Assembly (NCBI GenBank): GCA_903822525.1
Contig: CAIJPI010000111.1
Span: 1-54,423, forward strand
Reading direction: 5' to 3'
Length of the DNA stretch: 54,423 nucleotides
Source of the DNA: an uncultured Bacteroidales bacterium
GTDB taxonomy: Bacteria > Bacteroidota > Bacteroidia > Bacteroidales > UBA4417
Shown here: in pieces, positions 19,427-28,457 of the stretch
Numbering within the stretch: the stretch's first letter is position 1
Layout: each line of letters begins with the position of its first letter
Translations under genes and position numbers: made by a program
Notes under the pieces: model-generated
Seen by the model: only the letters and a program-made list of their open reading frames with translations
The model's database searches: none
Told to the model about the DNA's origin: nothing

Positions 19427-20629
19427 ATGAAAGCTATATTTACTGCGCTCATAATTACTCTTTTAGCGACTTGCTCCTTCGCACAGATAACTTTCGAAAA
19501 AGCTTATTTTATCAATAGCATTAACCAAAGGGTTGATTGTCTGATAAAGAATTATGACTGGAAAAACAATCCAACAGAAATTGAATATAAAACTGATGAA
19601 ACTTCTGAAAAACAAACAGCTGAGATTTCAAGCATTAAAGAATTTGGAATTTCCGGCTATTCGAAATTTGTGAGAGTACAAACTGACGTCGACAGATCTT
19701 CACCTGATATGTCGGTATCTAGCCAAAGCAGCCCAGAGTGGTCGCATGAAGAAATATTTTTAAAAGTACTGCTGGAAGGTGGAGCATCGCTTTATTTTTA
19801 CGAAGATGGATCCTTACAAAGGTTCTTCTACTCTTTATCTGATACATTGATTAAACAATTGATTTATAAAGAATATTTAACTGCTGAAAAAACTATTGCC
19901 ATTAACAGCGGATTCCGGCAACAACTCTGGATTGATGTCCGATGTCCAAACACAACCATGAGTTCTGTCGGCAATTTGATTTATAACAGAAATGCACTTA
20001 TAAAATATTTTAAGACGTATAATGATTGCAATGGGAATTCATTTGTTGAGTATAACAAAAAGGGGAAAGGAGAACTTTTCAGTTTACGCCTGGTACCCGG
20101 AATAAACTACACAACTATATCCATTGCAAATAATACCAGCAACATTAAAAATACCGATTTTAAAAATGTGATGGGTTTCAGGATCGGTTTGGAGGCTGAA
20201 GCTATATTGCCTTTTAACAAAAATAAATGGGGATTGCTGTTTGAACCCACCTATCAATATTCAAATTCAACCGGGCAGAATAGCCTGGGGCATGCAACTG
20301 TACAGTACAATTCCATTGAATTTGCAGTTGGCGTCAGGTATAATTTATTTTTGAATAAAAACCTGAGCTTATATTTTAATGGATTTTATATTCCAAGCTA
20401 TAGTACTGATTTTCATTCAACTATTGACTTTGATTATCCATTTGCTTCGCCTCTGAATATAAAATCAATGGGAAGCCAGGCTTTTGGCGGAGGAATAAAG
20501 CATAAAAAAATAAGTGCGGAATTCAGGTATTATACGAACAGAGAGATTCTAGGCAGCTATCTCAATTGGTATTCGGATTATCAAAGATTTTCATTTCTGA
20601 TTGGGTATAGACTTTACGGTAAAAATTAG
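19427..20629 (+). CDS. hypothetical outer-membrane protein (signal peptide plus C-terminal beta-barrel-like half)
   Basis: 400 aa. Signal MKAIFTALIITLLATCSFAQ. The C-terminal 180 aa show alternating aromatic/hydrophobic beta-strand periodicity. No named family recognised. Confidence 0.6.
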   Translation: MKAIFTALIITLLATCSFAQITFEKAYFINSINQRVDCLIKNYDWKNNPTEIEYKTDETSEKQTAEISSIKEFGISGYSKFVRVQTDVDRSSPDMSVSSQSSPEWSHEEIFLKVLLEGGASLYFYEDGSLQRFFYSLSDTLIKQLIYKEYLTAEKTIAINSGFRQQLWIDVRCPNTTMSSVGNLIYNRNALIKYFKTYNDCNGNSFVEYNKKGKGELFSLRLVPGINYTTISIANNTSNIKNTDFKNVMGFRIGLEAEAILPFNKNKWGLLFEPTYQYSNSTGQNSLGHATVQYNSIEFAVGVRYNLFLNKNLSLYFNGFYIPSYSTDFHSTIDFDYPFASPLNIKSMGSQAFGGGIKHKKISAEFRYYTNREILGSYLNWYSDYQRFSFLIGYRLYGKN

Positions 20630-20735
20630 TTAATTTATTCCATGGTTTATTGAAGGAAAGTAGTAGTGCCTATTACTTTATATAATTTTAATGAAGAAAT
20701 TGTTATTGAACTGTTTGTAACTTAAAAAGAATTTG

Positions 20736-20743
20736 TACCTTTG
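20736..20743 (+). promoter_or_regulatory. -7 promoter box TACCTTTG (with TTTG at 20713..20716 as a candidate -33) for rpsF-rpsR-rplI
   Basis: TAnnTTTG lies 52 nt upstream of the rpsF ATG. A TTTG sits 20 nt upstream of the box. Confidence 0.55.
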
Positions 20744-20795
20744 CACTCCATTTGTAAAAATCACGCATTACAATAACTAAATTAAAGTAAAACAA

Positions 20796-21155
20796 ATGAT
20801 TAGACAGTACGAAGCCGTTTTCATTATGACTCCCGTTTTATCTGATGAACAGATGAAGGAAACGGTAAGCAAGTTCCAGAAGTTCCTTGTTGACAAAGGG
20901 GCTACAATTATCAATGAGGACAATTGGGGTCTTCGCAAATTAGCATATCCTATTCAGAAGAAATCGACCGGTTTTTATCACCTGGTTGAATTTCATGCTG
21001 AAGGTACGCTGATCAACGATTTTGAAATCGCCCTGAAGCGTGATGAGCGTATCCTTCGCTTTCTCACCGTAGTTCTCGACAAACATGCTGTTGTATACAG
21101 CGAAAAACGTCGTGCTAAGAAAGCTGCTAAAGCTGAAGAAAAAGTACAGGCTTAA
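20796..21155 (+). CDS. rpsF: 30S ribosomal protein S6
   Basis: 119 aa. [13 protein letters not shown]...[10 protein letters not shown]. Canonical S6 in the S6-S18-L9 operon. Confidence 0.95.
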   Translation: MIRQYEAVFIMTPVLSDEQMKETVSKFQKFLVDKGATIINEDNWGLRKLAYPIQKKSTGFYHLVEFHAEGTLINDFEIALKRDERILRFLTVVLDKHAVVYSEKRRAKKAAKAEEKVQA

Positions 21156-21180
21156 TTGTAACTCTTAAAAATCAGAAAAA

Positions 21181-21453
21181 ATGGCCACACAAGGAAACTC
21201 GGATATCAAATACCTGACTCCCATCACGGTTGATGTCAAAAAGAAAAAATACTGCCGTTTCAAAAAGAGCGGAATTAAATACATTGATTATAAGGATGCA
21301 GACTTTTTGCTCAAGTTTATCAATGAGCAGGGTAAAATTTTACCACGTCGGTTAACCGGTACAAGTACCAAGTACCAGCGCAAAGTAGCCCAGGCTGTTA
21401 AACGCGCCCGTCATTTGTCATTATTACCTTATGTTGCAGACTTATTAAAATAG
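21181..21453 (+). CDS. rpsR: 30S ribosomal protein S18
   Basis: 90 aa. [15 protein letters not shown]...[31 protein letters not shown]. Confidence 0.95.
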   Translation: MATQGNSDIKYLTPITVDVKKKKYCRFKKSGIKYIDYKDADFLLKFINEQGKILPRRLTGTSTKYQRKVAQAVKRARHLSLLPYVADLLK

Positions 21454-21465
21454 TAGGAGGCTGAA

Positions 21466-21915
21466 ATGGAAATTATTCTTAAAAAAGATGTAACCAACTT
21501 AGGTTACGCACACGATGTGGTAACAGTTAAGGACGGCTTTGCCCGCAATTTTCTTATTCCACAGGGGCATGCTGTAATGGCAACCGAACCTAACCGGAAG
21601 ATTAATGCCGAGAACCTCCGTCAGAAATCATTCAAAGCACAGAAAACCCGTCTGGAAGCTGATGTTGTAGCTAAATCGCTTGAAAACGTTACAGTGAAAA
21701 TTGGAGCTAAGGCAGCTGAAACCGGAAAAATATACGGATCAGTTAATGCTATACAGATTGCTGATGCATTGCGTGATCAATATAAAATTGATATCGACCG
21801 CAAGAAAATTCATGTTGACGGCGAGTCCATCAAGGAAACTGGTAGCTATACTGCCAGCATCCGTTTGCACAAGGATCTTCAGGTAACCATCAATTTCGAG
21901 GTTATTGCTGAATAA
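21466..21915 (+). CDS. rplI: 50S ribosomal protein L9
   Basis: 149 aa. MEIILKKDVTNLGYAHDVVTVKDGFARNFLIPQG. Confidence 0.95.
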   Translation: MEIILKKDVTNLGYAHDVVTVKDGFARNFLIPQGHAVMATEPNRKINAENLRQKSFKAQKTRLEADVVAKSLENVTVKIGAKAAETGKIYGSVNAIQIADALRDQYKIDIDRKKIHVDGESIKETGSYTASIRLHKDLQVTINFEVIAE

Positions 21916-21949
21916 TCAAATTACGTAGCAACAAAATATTTGCTAATTT

Positions 21950-21977
21950 AATCCCGGCTAAAACCGGGATTTTTTTT
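21950..21977 (+). terminator. intrinsic terminator after rplI
   Basis: 8-bp stem AATCCCGG / CCGGGATT, a 6-nt loop, and a 7-T tract that ends at the nucleotide before the next ATG (21978). Confidence 0.75.
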
Positions 21978-22763
21978 ATGCTTTCACAGAACCAGATCAA
22001 ACATATTAACTCGCTGAAAATCAAAAAGTTTCGGCAGTCAGAGCAAGCCTTCATTGTAGAAGGCGAAAAATGCGTAAGCGAGCTGCTGGCAAGTTCCATT
22101 AAGGTTATTAAACTATTTGCTTTACCCGAATGGTTTGAGAAAAACCATTCGCTGCTCAGGGCATTACATAGTGAACAACAGGAAATAACTGTTGATGAAC
22201 TTAAAAAGGTAAGCGATCTCATAACACCAAACCAGGTACTGGCGATTGCTGAAATACCGAAAACCTCTTCACCAGGCTCAAACCTGCCCGCTGTGATGAC
22301 CCTGGCCTTGGATGGTATACGTGACCCAGGCAATATGGGGACCATTATCCGGACAGCCGATTGGTTTGGAATCACTCAAATTATCTGTTCATCCGATTCG
22401 GTTGATATGTATAATCCAAAAGTGGTGCAGGCCAGCATGGGATCCTTCAGCAGGGTGAATGTTTCCTATACCTTTCTGCCCGACTTTTTCAAAAGCCTGC
22501 CTGCTGATGTTCCTGTTTTCGGAGCCCTGCTCGAAGGACCCGATATTACCCAAAAATCATTTACCCGTCCTGGTATTATACTGATAGGCAGTGAGTCGCA
22601 TGGAATTTCCCGTACGCTAATTCCATTTGTAAACGAACCCCTGCATATTCCCAGATTTTCGGCTCCGGGAATAAAAAATCATGCAGAATCATTAAATGCA
22701 TCAATTGCCAATGGAATTATATGTTATGAAATATGCAAGCAGCTTTTCAAAAATAATTTTTGA
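21978..22763 (+). CDS. TrmH/SpoU-family RNA 2'-O-methyltransferase
   Basis: 261 aa. N-terminal NQIKHINSLKIKKFR...FIVEGEK, and SPOUT motifs DGIRDPGNMGTIIRTA, IGSESHGIS, ESLNASIANGI. Confidence 0.85.
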   Translation: MLSQNQIKHINSLKIKKFRQSEQAFIVEGEKCVSELLASSIKVIKLFALPEWFEKNHSLLRALHSEQQEITVDELKKVSDLITPNQVLAIAEIPKTSSPGSNLPAVMTLALDGIRDPGNMGTIIRTADWFGITQIICSSDSVDMYNPKVVQASMGSFSRVNVSYTFLPDFFKSLPADVPVFGALLEGPDITQKSFTRPGIILIGSESHGISRTLIPFVNEPLHIPRFSAPGIKNHAESLNASIANGIICYEICKQLFKNNF

Positions 22764-22803
22764 TTTTTTAGGGATTCTGTGTAAAATTCAATAAAATATT
22801 GCT

Positions 22804-22811
22804 TAAATTTG
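22804..22811 (+). promoter_or_regulatory. -7 promoter box TAAATTTG
   Basis: TAnnTTTG lies 37 nt upstream of the GTG at 22848. Confidence 0.4.
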
Positions 22812-22847
22812 TAGGTTATCATATAAACATATTAAAACCTAAATCCA

Positions 22848-24365
22848 GTGGCCCCTTTATCAAAACTCATCAATTATCATATAGAGGAACTGAAGAGGAT
22901 GGAAAACCTTTCAGAAAGGACAAAAAACGTATGCCTTGAAGGCTCACTCGATACATTGTTCAAAATCCTCTATTATTTTCTGGAACGTAATACATTCCGG
23001 GATATCAGGAATTGTGGGCTCAAAACCGATATGGAGTTAATAAACCTGTCGAAAAAGTACCTTGCCATCTCAGGCCTGACCCTCGAAGATCTGAGGATGA
23101 ATGAGCCTTTGCTGGGTTTTGAAGACTTTAAGCTTTTCTGTTATGTAAATTTTAAAGTCCCTTCCGAAGTTACCGAATCGTTTAAAGATGCTTTTATATC
23201 AAAGGAGTTTCCTTTATTCGGTTATGTACAAACTATGGTCAAATATATTCTGAACGAACGCGAACAATACATCTTTAACAACAACTACGGCTTTCTCGAA
23301 AAATCTCAAAAACGTACGCTTCAGGCTATAGGCGATCATTACAGTATCACACGCGAGCGGGTGCGGCAGATATCGCAAAAAGTACCTGACAAGGTTTTTG
23401 CCGCCATCAGTAAAATATCGCAACGGTTTGTAAATATTGACAAGCATTTTGATTATGGCCTCGATCTGAAGAAGGAAATTATTGTCATAAACCAGGAACT
23501 GGTCGAGCTGATCAACAAAAAAGAAAAATTGATTTATACAGGTAAGCTGTATTCACTTGTATTTGCAGGCATCTTCCAGCGCTATTTTATAGCTACTCAA
23601 AGTATTGAGAATAACTACCAGTATTATTACCTGGTAAGCCGTAAGTATAAAGAAGTTTTTAACTTCAGGTCGTTTATCAATGATATTGAAGAGCGTAACG
23701 AAATCAGGATGGTGAATGACCAGCCTGTCGACATCCTGAAATATCTGATGCGCTTTGTACTCCCCGGACAAATTGTAAATGACAGGCTGAAACAAATCTG
23801 CAAACGAATTGCCACCGAAGAATTCGGTTTAGGTTACGACAAAACGAACATTGTTTTCAGACGGAACTCACTTGTCAAACTTTCGGAGCATATTATCAGT
23901 ATTTTGGCAGCTGCCGGAAGGCCAATGAAGCTCACCGAAATTTGCAAAGAACTAAAAACCCGTTCAAAACGCATTCCGCCTAATATCGAATCGCTGCGGT
24001 CATCCATTCTAAGTATTGAAGAAGTTGCCGCTATAGGTAAAACCAGTACGTACGCACTTAAAGAATGGGATATGGTAAAAACGGGCACCATCAAGGAACT
24101 GGTAAAAGAATTCCTTGAATCGTCCCCTGAGCCGAAACACATCTCGGAAATTGCTGTTTACGTGAACAAATTCAGGAAGACTACCGATAAAAATATTCTT
24201 TCGAACCTGAAACTTGACAAAACCAATACGTATGTTTTCTTTAAACTCGGATATATTGGGCTCAAGTATAAGCAGTATAAAAACATACAGATCCAAAGCG
24301 ATAAAAAAACAAGAGGCCGTAAGCCTAAAACAGCAATGGATGAAAACCAACTTAGTCTGCTATAA
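22848..24365 (+). CDS. multi-HTH DNA-binding protein (alphaCTD-like, sigma-70 region-4-like, two HARE-HTH-like modules)
   Basis: 505-aa ORF. The start is either GTG at 22848 or the in-frame ATG at 22899. LSERTKNVCLEGSLDTL...IRNCGLKTDMEL resembles the RpoA C-terminal domain. TLQAIGDHYSITRERVRQISQK is a sigma-70 region 4.2-type HTH. ILAAAGRPMKLTEICKEL...TSTYALKEW and LVKEFLESSPEPKHISEIAVYV... resemble HARE-HTH. Confidence 0.6.
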   Translation: MAPLSKLINYHIEELKRMENLSERTKNVCLEGSLDTLFKILYYFLERNTFRDIRNCGLKTDMELINLSKKYLAISGLTLEDLRMNEPLLGFEDFKLFCYVNFKVPSEVTESFKDAFISKEFPLFGYVQTMVKYILNEREQYIFNNNYGFLEKSQKRTLQAIGDHYSITRERVRQISQKVPDKVFAAISKISQRFVNIDKHFDYGLDLKKEIIVINQELVELINKKEKLIYTGKLYSLVFAGIFQRYFIATQSIENNYQYYYLVSRKYKEVFNFRSFINDIEERNEIRMVNDQPVDILKYLMRFVLPGQIVNDRLKQICKRIATEEFGLGYDKTNIVFRRNSLVKLSEHIISILAAAGRPMKLTEICKELKTRSKRIPPNIESLRSSILSIEEVAAIGKTSTYALKEWDMVKTGTIKELVKEFLESSPEPKHISEIAVYVNKFRKTTDKNILSNLKLDKTNTYVFFKLGYIGLKYKQYKNIQIQSDKKTRGRKPKTAMDENQLSLL

Positions 24366-24508
24366 TTAGAAATATTAGATGAGGGCTAACTTCTATTCGT
24401 TTTACCGGATACAATTTTTCCTTTCAGGCAGTAAAGTTGTTGAAAGGAGATTAATCCGGGTTGTTCAATAACACCATTCGAGTTGAATCGGAAATAAAGG
24501 CTGATAGT

Positions 24509-24545
24509 AAAGCAGGCTGCCGGAAAGGGTAGCCTGCTTTTTTTA
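24509..24545 (+). terminator. intrinsic terminator after the 505-aa gene
   Basis: 10-bp stem AAAGCAGGCT / AGCCTGCTTT with a 12-nt loop, then a T-run of about 8 that begins within the 3' arm. Confidence 0.7.
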
Positions 24546-24578
24546 TACACATGTTCTGTTTACTTGTGGCCGAGATTC

Positions 24579-25841
24579 TCAGAAACGTAAAGGTTTAAAT
24601 ATACTGCAGCCTGCTGACTTAAGCTGTTCGGATATCAATTCAATATTGCCGGTTATTGCATTTCCCGCTTTTTTCCTGCAAAAAGGGCAGTTTAGAATAT
24701 TCCCATCGGAATCGACATAAACATGCCTGTTGCCCGAACTGAAGCAGCCTATGCGGCGCTGATAGTATCCGTGATACAGTACCAGAGGATATTCGCGATA
24801 GGCTTTTGCCTGATTCATAGTAACAAAGAAATCTTCCAGTATCTGATAATGTTCGCTTGTGAGCTCAACGTCTTTGCCCAGGTAATGGCCAACTGCTTTT
24901 GGTTCAAAAATCTGTATAAAAGAAACACCCATCTGTTTGGCCATTTCAGCATAACTAAACAAATTGGCTGTTGAAACAAATGATTTTGTCACACAAATGG
25001 ATATTGCAACGACAAGATCAGCCTCAATAGCATTCCGAACGGCCTTCTGCGCCCATTTAAACGATTCAGGCGAGCCCCGGAAACGGTTATGATGATCTGC
25101 GTCAAAATGATCGATGCTGACCACTACGCCCGTTAAACCGGCAAACTTAAGCCTTGCGGCATTTTGCCTGGTCAGATTATGACCCGAAGTCAGAACCCAG
25201 CATTCAGTTGTTTTGTTTACCGATGCCAAAACCTCCAGCAAATCATTTATCCTAAGCAGTGGTTCTCCACCTGAAAAATGAAACTGGGCTGTTCCCAGCT
25301 CCTGGAATCTGCTTACTATTGATTTAATATCATTTAAAGATAATTTCTCTTCACCATTCAGCGTTTCCCATTCCGAACAATGTTCGCACCTCAGAGCACA
25401 TTTTTTAGTAATTGAAATCAGCACATTGGTATAGCGGTTAGCCGTCTTTCCTGACGGGAACATCCTGTTTACCTCTCCAAGTATGAAATTCGTGAACGCT
25501 GCTGAATAAAAGCCAGGAGTATATAGTCCGAAATAGTATTTGCCTCCCACATAAGCGTATTTCTTTACCCTGTTCTCGCCCAGGGCTTTGCGCCGGAATC
25601 CAACAAGATGCCTCAGCATTCGTATACTCTCTGAAATATTCCGGTAGTGTCTGAAAATAATCCTGACAATGCGCAGAAGCATTCGGAAACGGATAAATAC
25701 CACCTGCTTCCCGCTGATTATTTTTTGAGCAGGCATAGTTCGTTCTAACAAGCTGATAACCGGTTGCTCAGCATCGGGAATAATCAGCTTATCTTTTATC
25801 TGATTCGCCCTAACGGCCTTCAGAAGAGTAGTATTTCCCAT
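24579..25841 (-). CDS. radical SAM enzyme with C-terminal Cys-rich (SPASM/twitch-like) region
   Basis: 420 aa. CALRCEHC (CxxxCxxC) and GGEPLL. C-terminal CFSSGNRHVYVDSDGNILNCPFC...GC. Roughly 130-aa basic N-terminal extension. The start is 2 nt downstream of the upstream gene's stop. Confidence 0.85.
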   Translation of the reverse strand: MGNTTLLKAVRANQIKDKLIIPDAEQPVISLLERTMPAQKIISGKQVVFIRFRMLLRIVRIIFRHYRNISESIRMLRHLVGFRRKALGENRVKKYAYVGGKYYFGLYTPGFYSAAFTNFILGEVNRMFPSGKTANRYTNVLISITKKCALRCEHCSEWETLNGEEKLSLNDIKSIVSRFQELGTAQFHFSGGEPLLRINDLLEVLASVNKTTECWVLTSGHNLTRQNAARLKFAGLTGVVVSIDHFDADHHNRFRGSPESFKWAQKAVRNAIEADLVVAISICVTKSFVSTANLFSYAEMAKQMGVSFIQIFEPKAVGHYLGKDVELTSEHYQILEDFFVTMNQAKAYREYPLVLYHGYYQRRIGCFSSGNRHVYVDSDGNILNCPFCRKKAGNAITGNIELISEQLKSAGCSIFKPLRF

Positions 25842-25843
25842 TT

Positions 25844-27493
25844 TTAGTTACCTAAAGCATTAGCAATTAAATGCTTATCAGCAACAAACTTCTGATAGCG
25901 TTCTTTTGAAAACTTTGCAAAAGCGCCTTCCTTCCGGAACGATTTCAGGTAGGCCACATCAGGCTTACCGGTGTATTCCCTGATGTATTCGTAATAACCC
26001 CGGCTGTGAAGAAAAACCGTTTGCTTCAGACCTTCCACGGAAGCCGTGGCGGGATAGGTCACAATAACTTCGTTACCCACTTCAGGCTGTACCAGGTACT
26101 TTTTATCAGAGGAGCGGATAAATTCAGCAACATCATTCCCTTTTTCATCAACAGCAGATTTTGCTTCCTGACGGATTACCTTCACCGGTATATTTTCCGA
26201 AAAATCCATTGCCGCATAATCGACTTCCCAAAACATAAATCCGCAACTCAGCCGGATGTTTACGTTTTCACCTTTCGCCTGCGAAACATCAACCGGCATC
26301 ACCATATCGCGGGAAGCGAGAGGCCCGACTGAATTAAAACAGTCGACAAACTGCCAACCTGTCTCTGTTTCAATATACACCGAAAGAGGAATCCCCTGGC
26401 TAAGCTGCCAGGCGTTCATTCTTTCGGCTGGTGCCGTCTTCTGATTTTCGGAAAATTTAGCAAAGGAAGTCCCGAATTGCTCGTTAAACTTTCCGTACAT
26501 GTAATCGAGCCAGAACGAATTTTTTGCATTTAATACCAGCTTAGCTGACTTTGAAACAGTTGGTTTTTTAAACGACAGCGTAAGCGTATTGAGGCCATTC
26601 ACGTTAGAAGCTTCTTCGTTGAACAGATAGGATAAACTATCTCTGGCGGATAAAGGATTTGTGTAGTCGGTGCTGTTTTCGGCTACTGCTTTTACAGGCG
26701 CAAGTGGGGAACGCACAGTTTGGACATCACCCTGTTTGTCGATAAGCACCTCTGAATCCAAGGTATGCTGAACAATCATTAATTCTGCAAGATCGGTATA
26801 TTGCCTCTCGAGCAACTCATTGGAGATTTTCAGCTTGTACTGAGAATTAACTGCTGTAAAACCCGGCAGAGGCATGAAGTCATCGCGTTCGAGAGGGGAA
26901 TAAATTGCCCCTCCATACATTTCGCCGGTAAAATGAAAGGAATTTCCATCGCTGATATAAACAAACGGGCATGAACTCTTTGTCAGCAGGAGGATGATCA
27001 TCAGTATCACAAAAGCACCGGCAATAATACCAAGCGTTCCAAAAACATAGGATGCCGCTGTTGCACCTAAGGCTTTATCATAGACCTCAACCTTCTGTAT
27101 AGCTGATATTGGCACCAAGAATTGAGAACCTGAAAGCTCAGCATACTCAGAGATGTAAATATGGACTTCGTAGGTTGGATTTCCATTTGAGACTTTATAC
27201 CGGTTTACACCTTCGGTATTAGTTCCCATATAATACATATGATCCGGCGGCAACAATCCGGCTGTACAGGTTAACTCCTGCTTACCCTCATCTATCACAA
27301 TATCACTCATGTGCCAGGCATTGCTGCCATGGTGTAGAATAAAATATTTTGGCTGTGTAAGAGCATTGCTGACTACTGAATTATCGCCAGGTACAGGTTT
27401 AAGCGTATTTACCATGTAGTAATTACAACCTGTCAGCATGTTCAGGAAAGCAATCAGAACAACTATTGAAATTTCCGGAATAAGTTTTTTCAT
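25844..27493 (-). CDS. hypothetical lipoprotein / single-TM protein of no recognised family
   Basis: 549 aa. Lipobox LNMLTGC at residue 23. One strongly hydrophobic helix (FGTLGIIAGAFVILMIILLL, about residues 152-171) followed by KSSCPFVYISDG and a 370-aa domain. Confidence 0.7.
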   Translation of the reverse strand: MKKLIPEISIVVLIAFLNMLTGCNYYMVNTLKPVPGDNSVVSNALTQPKYFILHHGSNAWHMSDIVIDEGKQELTCTAGLLPPDHMYYMGTNTEGVNRYKVSNGNPTYEVHIYISEYAELSGSQFLVPISAIQKVEVYDKALGATAASYVFGTLGIIAGAFVILMIILLLTKSSCPFVYISDGNSFHFTGEMYGGAIYSPLERDDFMPLPGFTAVNSQYKLKISNELLERQYTDLAELMIVQHTLDSEVLIDKQGDVQTVRSPLAPVKAVAENSTDYTNPLSARDSLSYLFNEEASNVNGLNTLTLSFKKPTVSKSAKLVLNAKNSFWLDYMYGKFNEQFGTSFAKFSENQKTAPAERMNAWQLSQGIPLSVYIETETGWQFVDCFNSVGPLASRDMVMPVDVSQAKGENVNIRLSCGFMFWEVDYAAMDFSENIPVKVIRQEAKSAVDEKGNDVAEFIRSSDKKYLVQPEVGNEVIVTYPATASVEGLKQTVFLHSRGYYEYIREYTGKPDVAYLKSFRKEGAFAKFSKERYQKFVADKHLIANALGN

Positions 27494-27503
27494 CGCAGTA
27501 TTT

Positions 27504-28301
27504 TTAAAATTTATACCCTATGTTAGCCCCCGCCCTAGTCATAAAATACCCGAAAGTATTTCCAAAGGAGGACCTGTTGCCGTAACCTAATCCGAGATTC
27601 AGGCTCAGATTCAAATGTGGTCCGGCTTGAAACAAAACTCCATTCTGTATCAACAAGCCATATAGTATACCAATTTCTCTTTCAGTGACATAAGTTGAAG
27701 TATTAGGATAATAGAATGACCGGTAGTCGCGATAAGCCCTTAATTCAAGTGAAGGACCTACAAAATAAGCAACCTGGCCTTGTCCGCCCGGATAAAAATT
27801 TAAGTTAATTCCCGAACCAATGATCGTCATTTTTGGTAAATAACCCTCCGAATAATACGTATCATAATCCTGAATGAAAGATCGAAACCCGGTGTTGATT
27901 GGAAACTTAAAGCTTAGATACCCTGAATTCAGAGTATATTCGTAATTAAATGTTATCATTCCAATAATCAGATCGGCCATGTTGAGTGAAATAAAGTTTC
28001 TCCCGTTTTTCCATTTTGGCTCCTTGTTATAACTCATATCATTTGATGCAGCAGGACTAGTAGTTAAAACAGAGAATGAAACCGTTTCACCTGTTGAGTA
28101 GACTATTTTGGAAATATACTCTTTCGGAATTACAAATACGGGACCATCAGGAGTTGAGGTATATCGATACCTGACCTGGGCTTGTTTAATTTCCAGAATT
28201 TTGACTGGTGATATGGCACCATTTGATTTATACAAGGTATCCTGTGCCTGCAGGAGATTACAACTAAAAAGGATAAGAATAAAAAAGGCCGCTGCTCGCA
28301 T
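27504..28301 (-). CDS. hypothetical outer-membrane beta-barrel protein
   Basis: The ORF is open to 28439. The signal peptide MRAAAFFILILFSCNLLQAQ starts at the ATG at 28301, and a -7 box lies inside the longer ORF. Gly/Tyr-rich strands and a terminal ...GANIGYKF beta-signal. Confidence 0.65.
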   Translation of the reverse strand: MRAAAFFILILFSCNLLQAQDTLYKSNGAISPVKILEIKQAQVRYRYTSTPDGPVFVIPKEYISKIVYSTGETVSFSVLTTSPAASNDMSYNKEPKWKNGRNFISLNMADLIIGMITFNYEYTLNSGYLSFKFPINTGFRSFIQDYDTYYSEGYLPKMTIIGSGINLNFYPGGQGQVAYFVGPSLELRAYRDYRSFYYPNTSTYVTEREIGILYGLLIQNGVLFQAGPHLNLSLNLGLGYGNRSSFGNTFGYFMTRAGANIGYKF

Positions 28302-28327
28302 ATATCTATAATTTGAATACTGTATCT

Positions 28328-28335
28328 CAAAGATA
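28328..28335 (-). promoter_or_regulatory. -7 promoter box TATCTTTG (minus strand) for the OMP / lipoprotein / radical SAM operon
   Basis: The reverse complement of caaagata matches TAnnTTTG, 27 nt upstream of the ATG at 28301. Confidence 0.45.
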
Positions 28336-28426
28336 CAAAACGATTTGCAGAAATATTCGAAATTGAGAATTTTTTGTTCGGGGTCGGACTGAGTCAGCAG
28401 GCTGGCAATTACATCCGGTTTTGTCG

Positions 28427-28434
28427 TACCTTTG
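28427..28434 (+). promoter_or_regulatory. -7 promoter box TACCTTTG for the DEAD-box helicase
   Basis: TAnnTTTG lies inside the longest ORF (28374 start) and 24 nt upstream of the in-frame TTG at 28458. Confidence 0.45.
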
Positions 28435-28457
28435 CACACTTCCCAAACTCCTTCCGA

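Noticed and set aside
24379-24471. Short ORFs (30 aa on the plus strand, and 33 aa on the minus strand across 24450..24551) as possible precursor peptides for the radical SAM enzyme
   Set aside because: One is on the opposite strand to the operon. The other spans the terminator hairpin itself. Neither has a leader/core-like composition or Cys/Ser/Thr enrichment.
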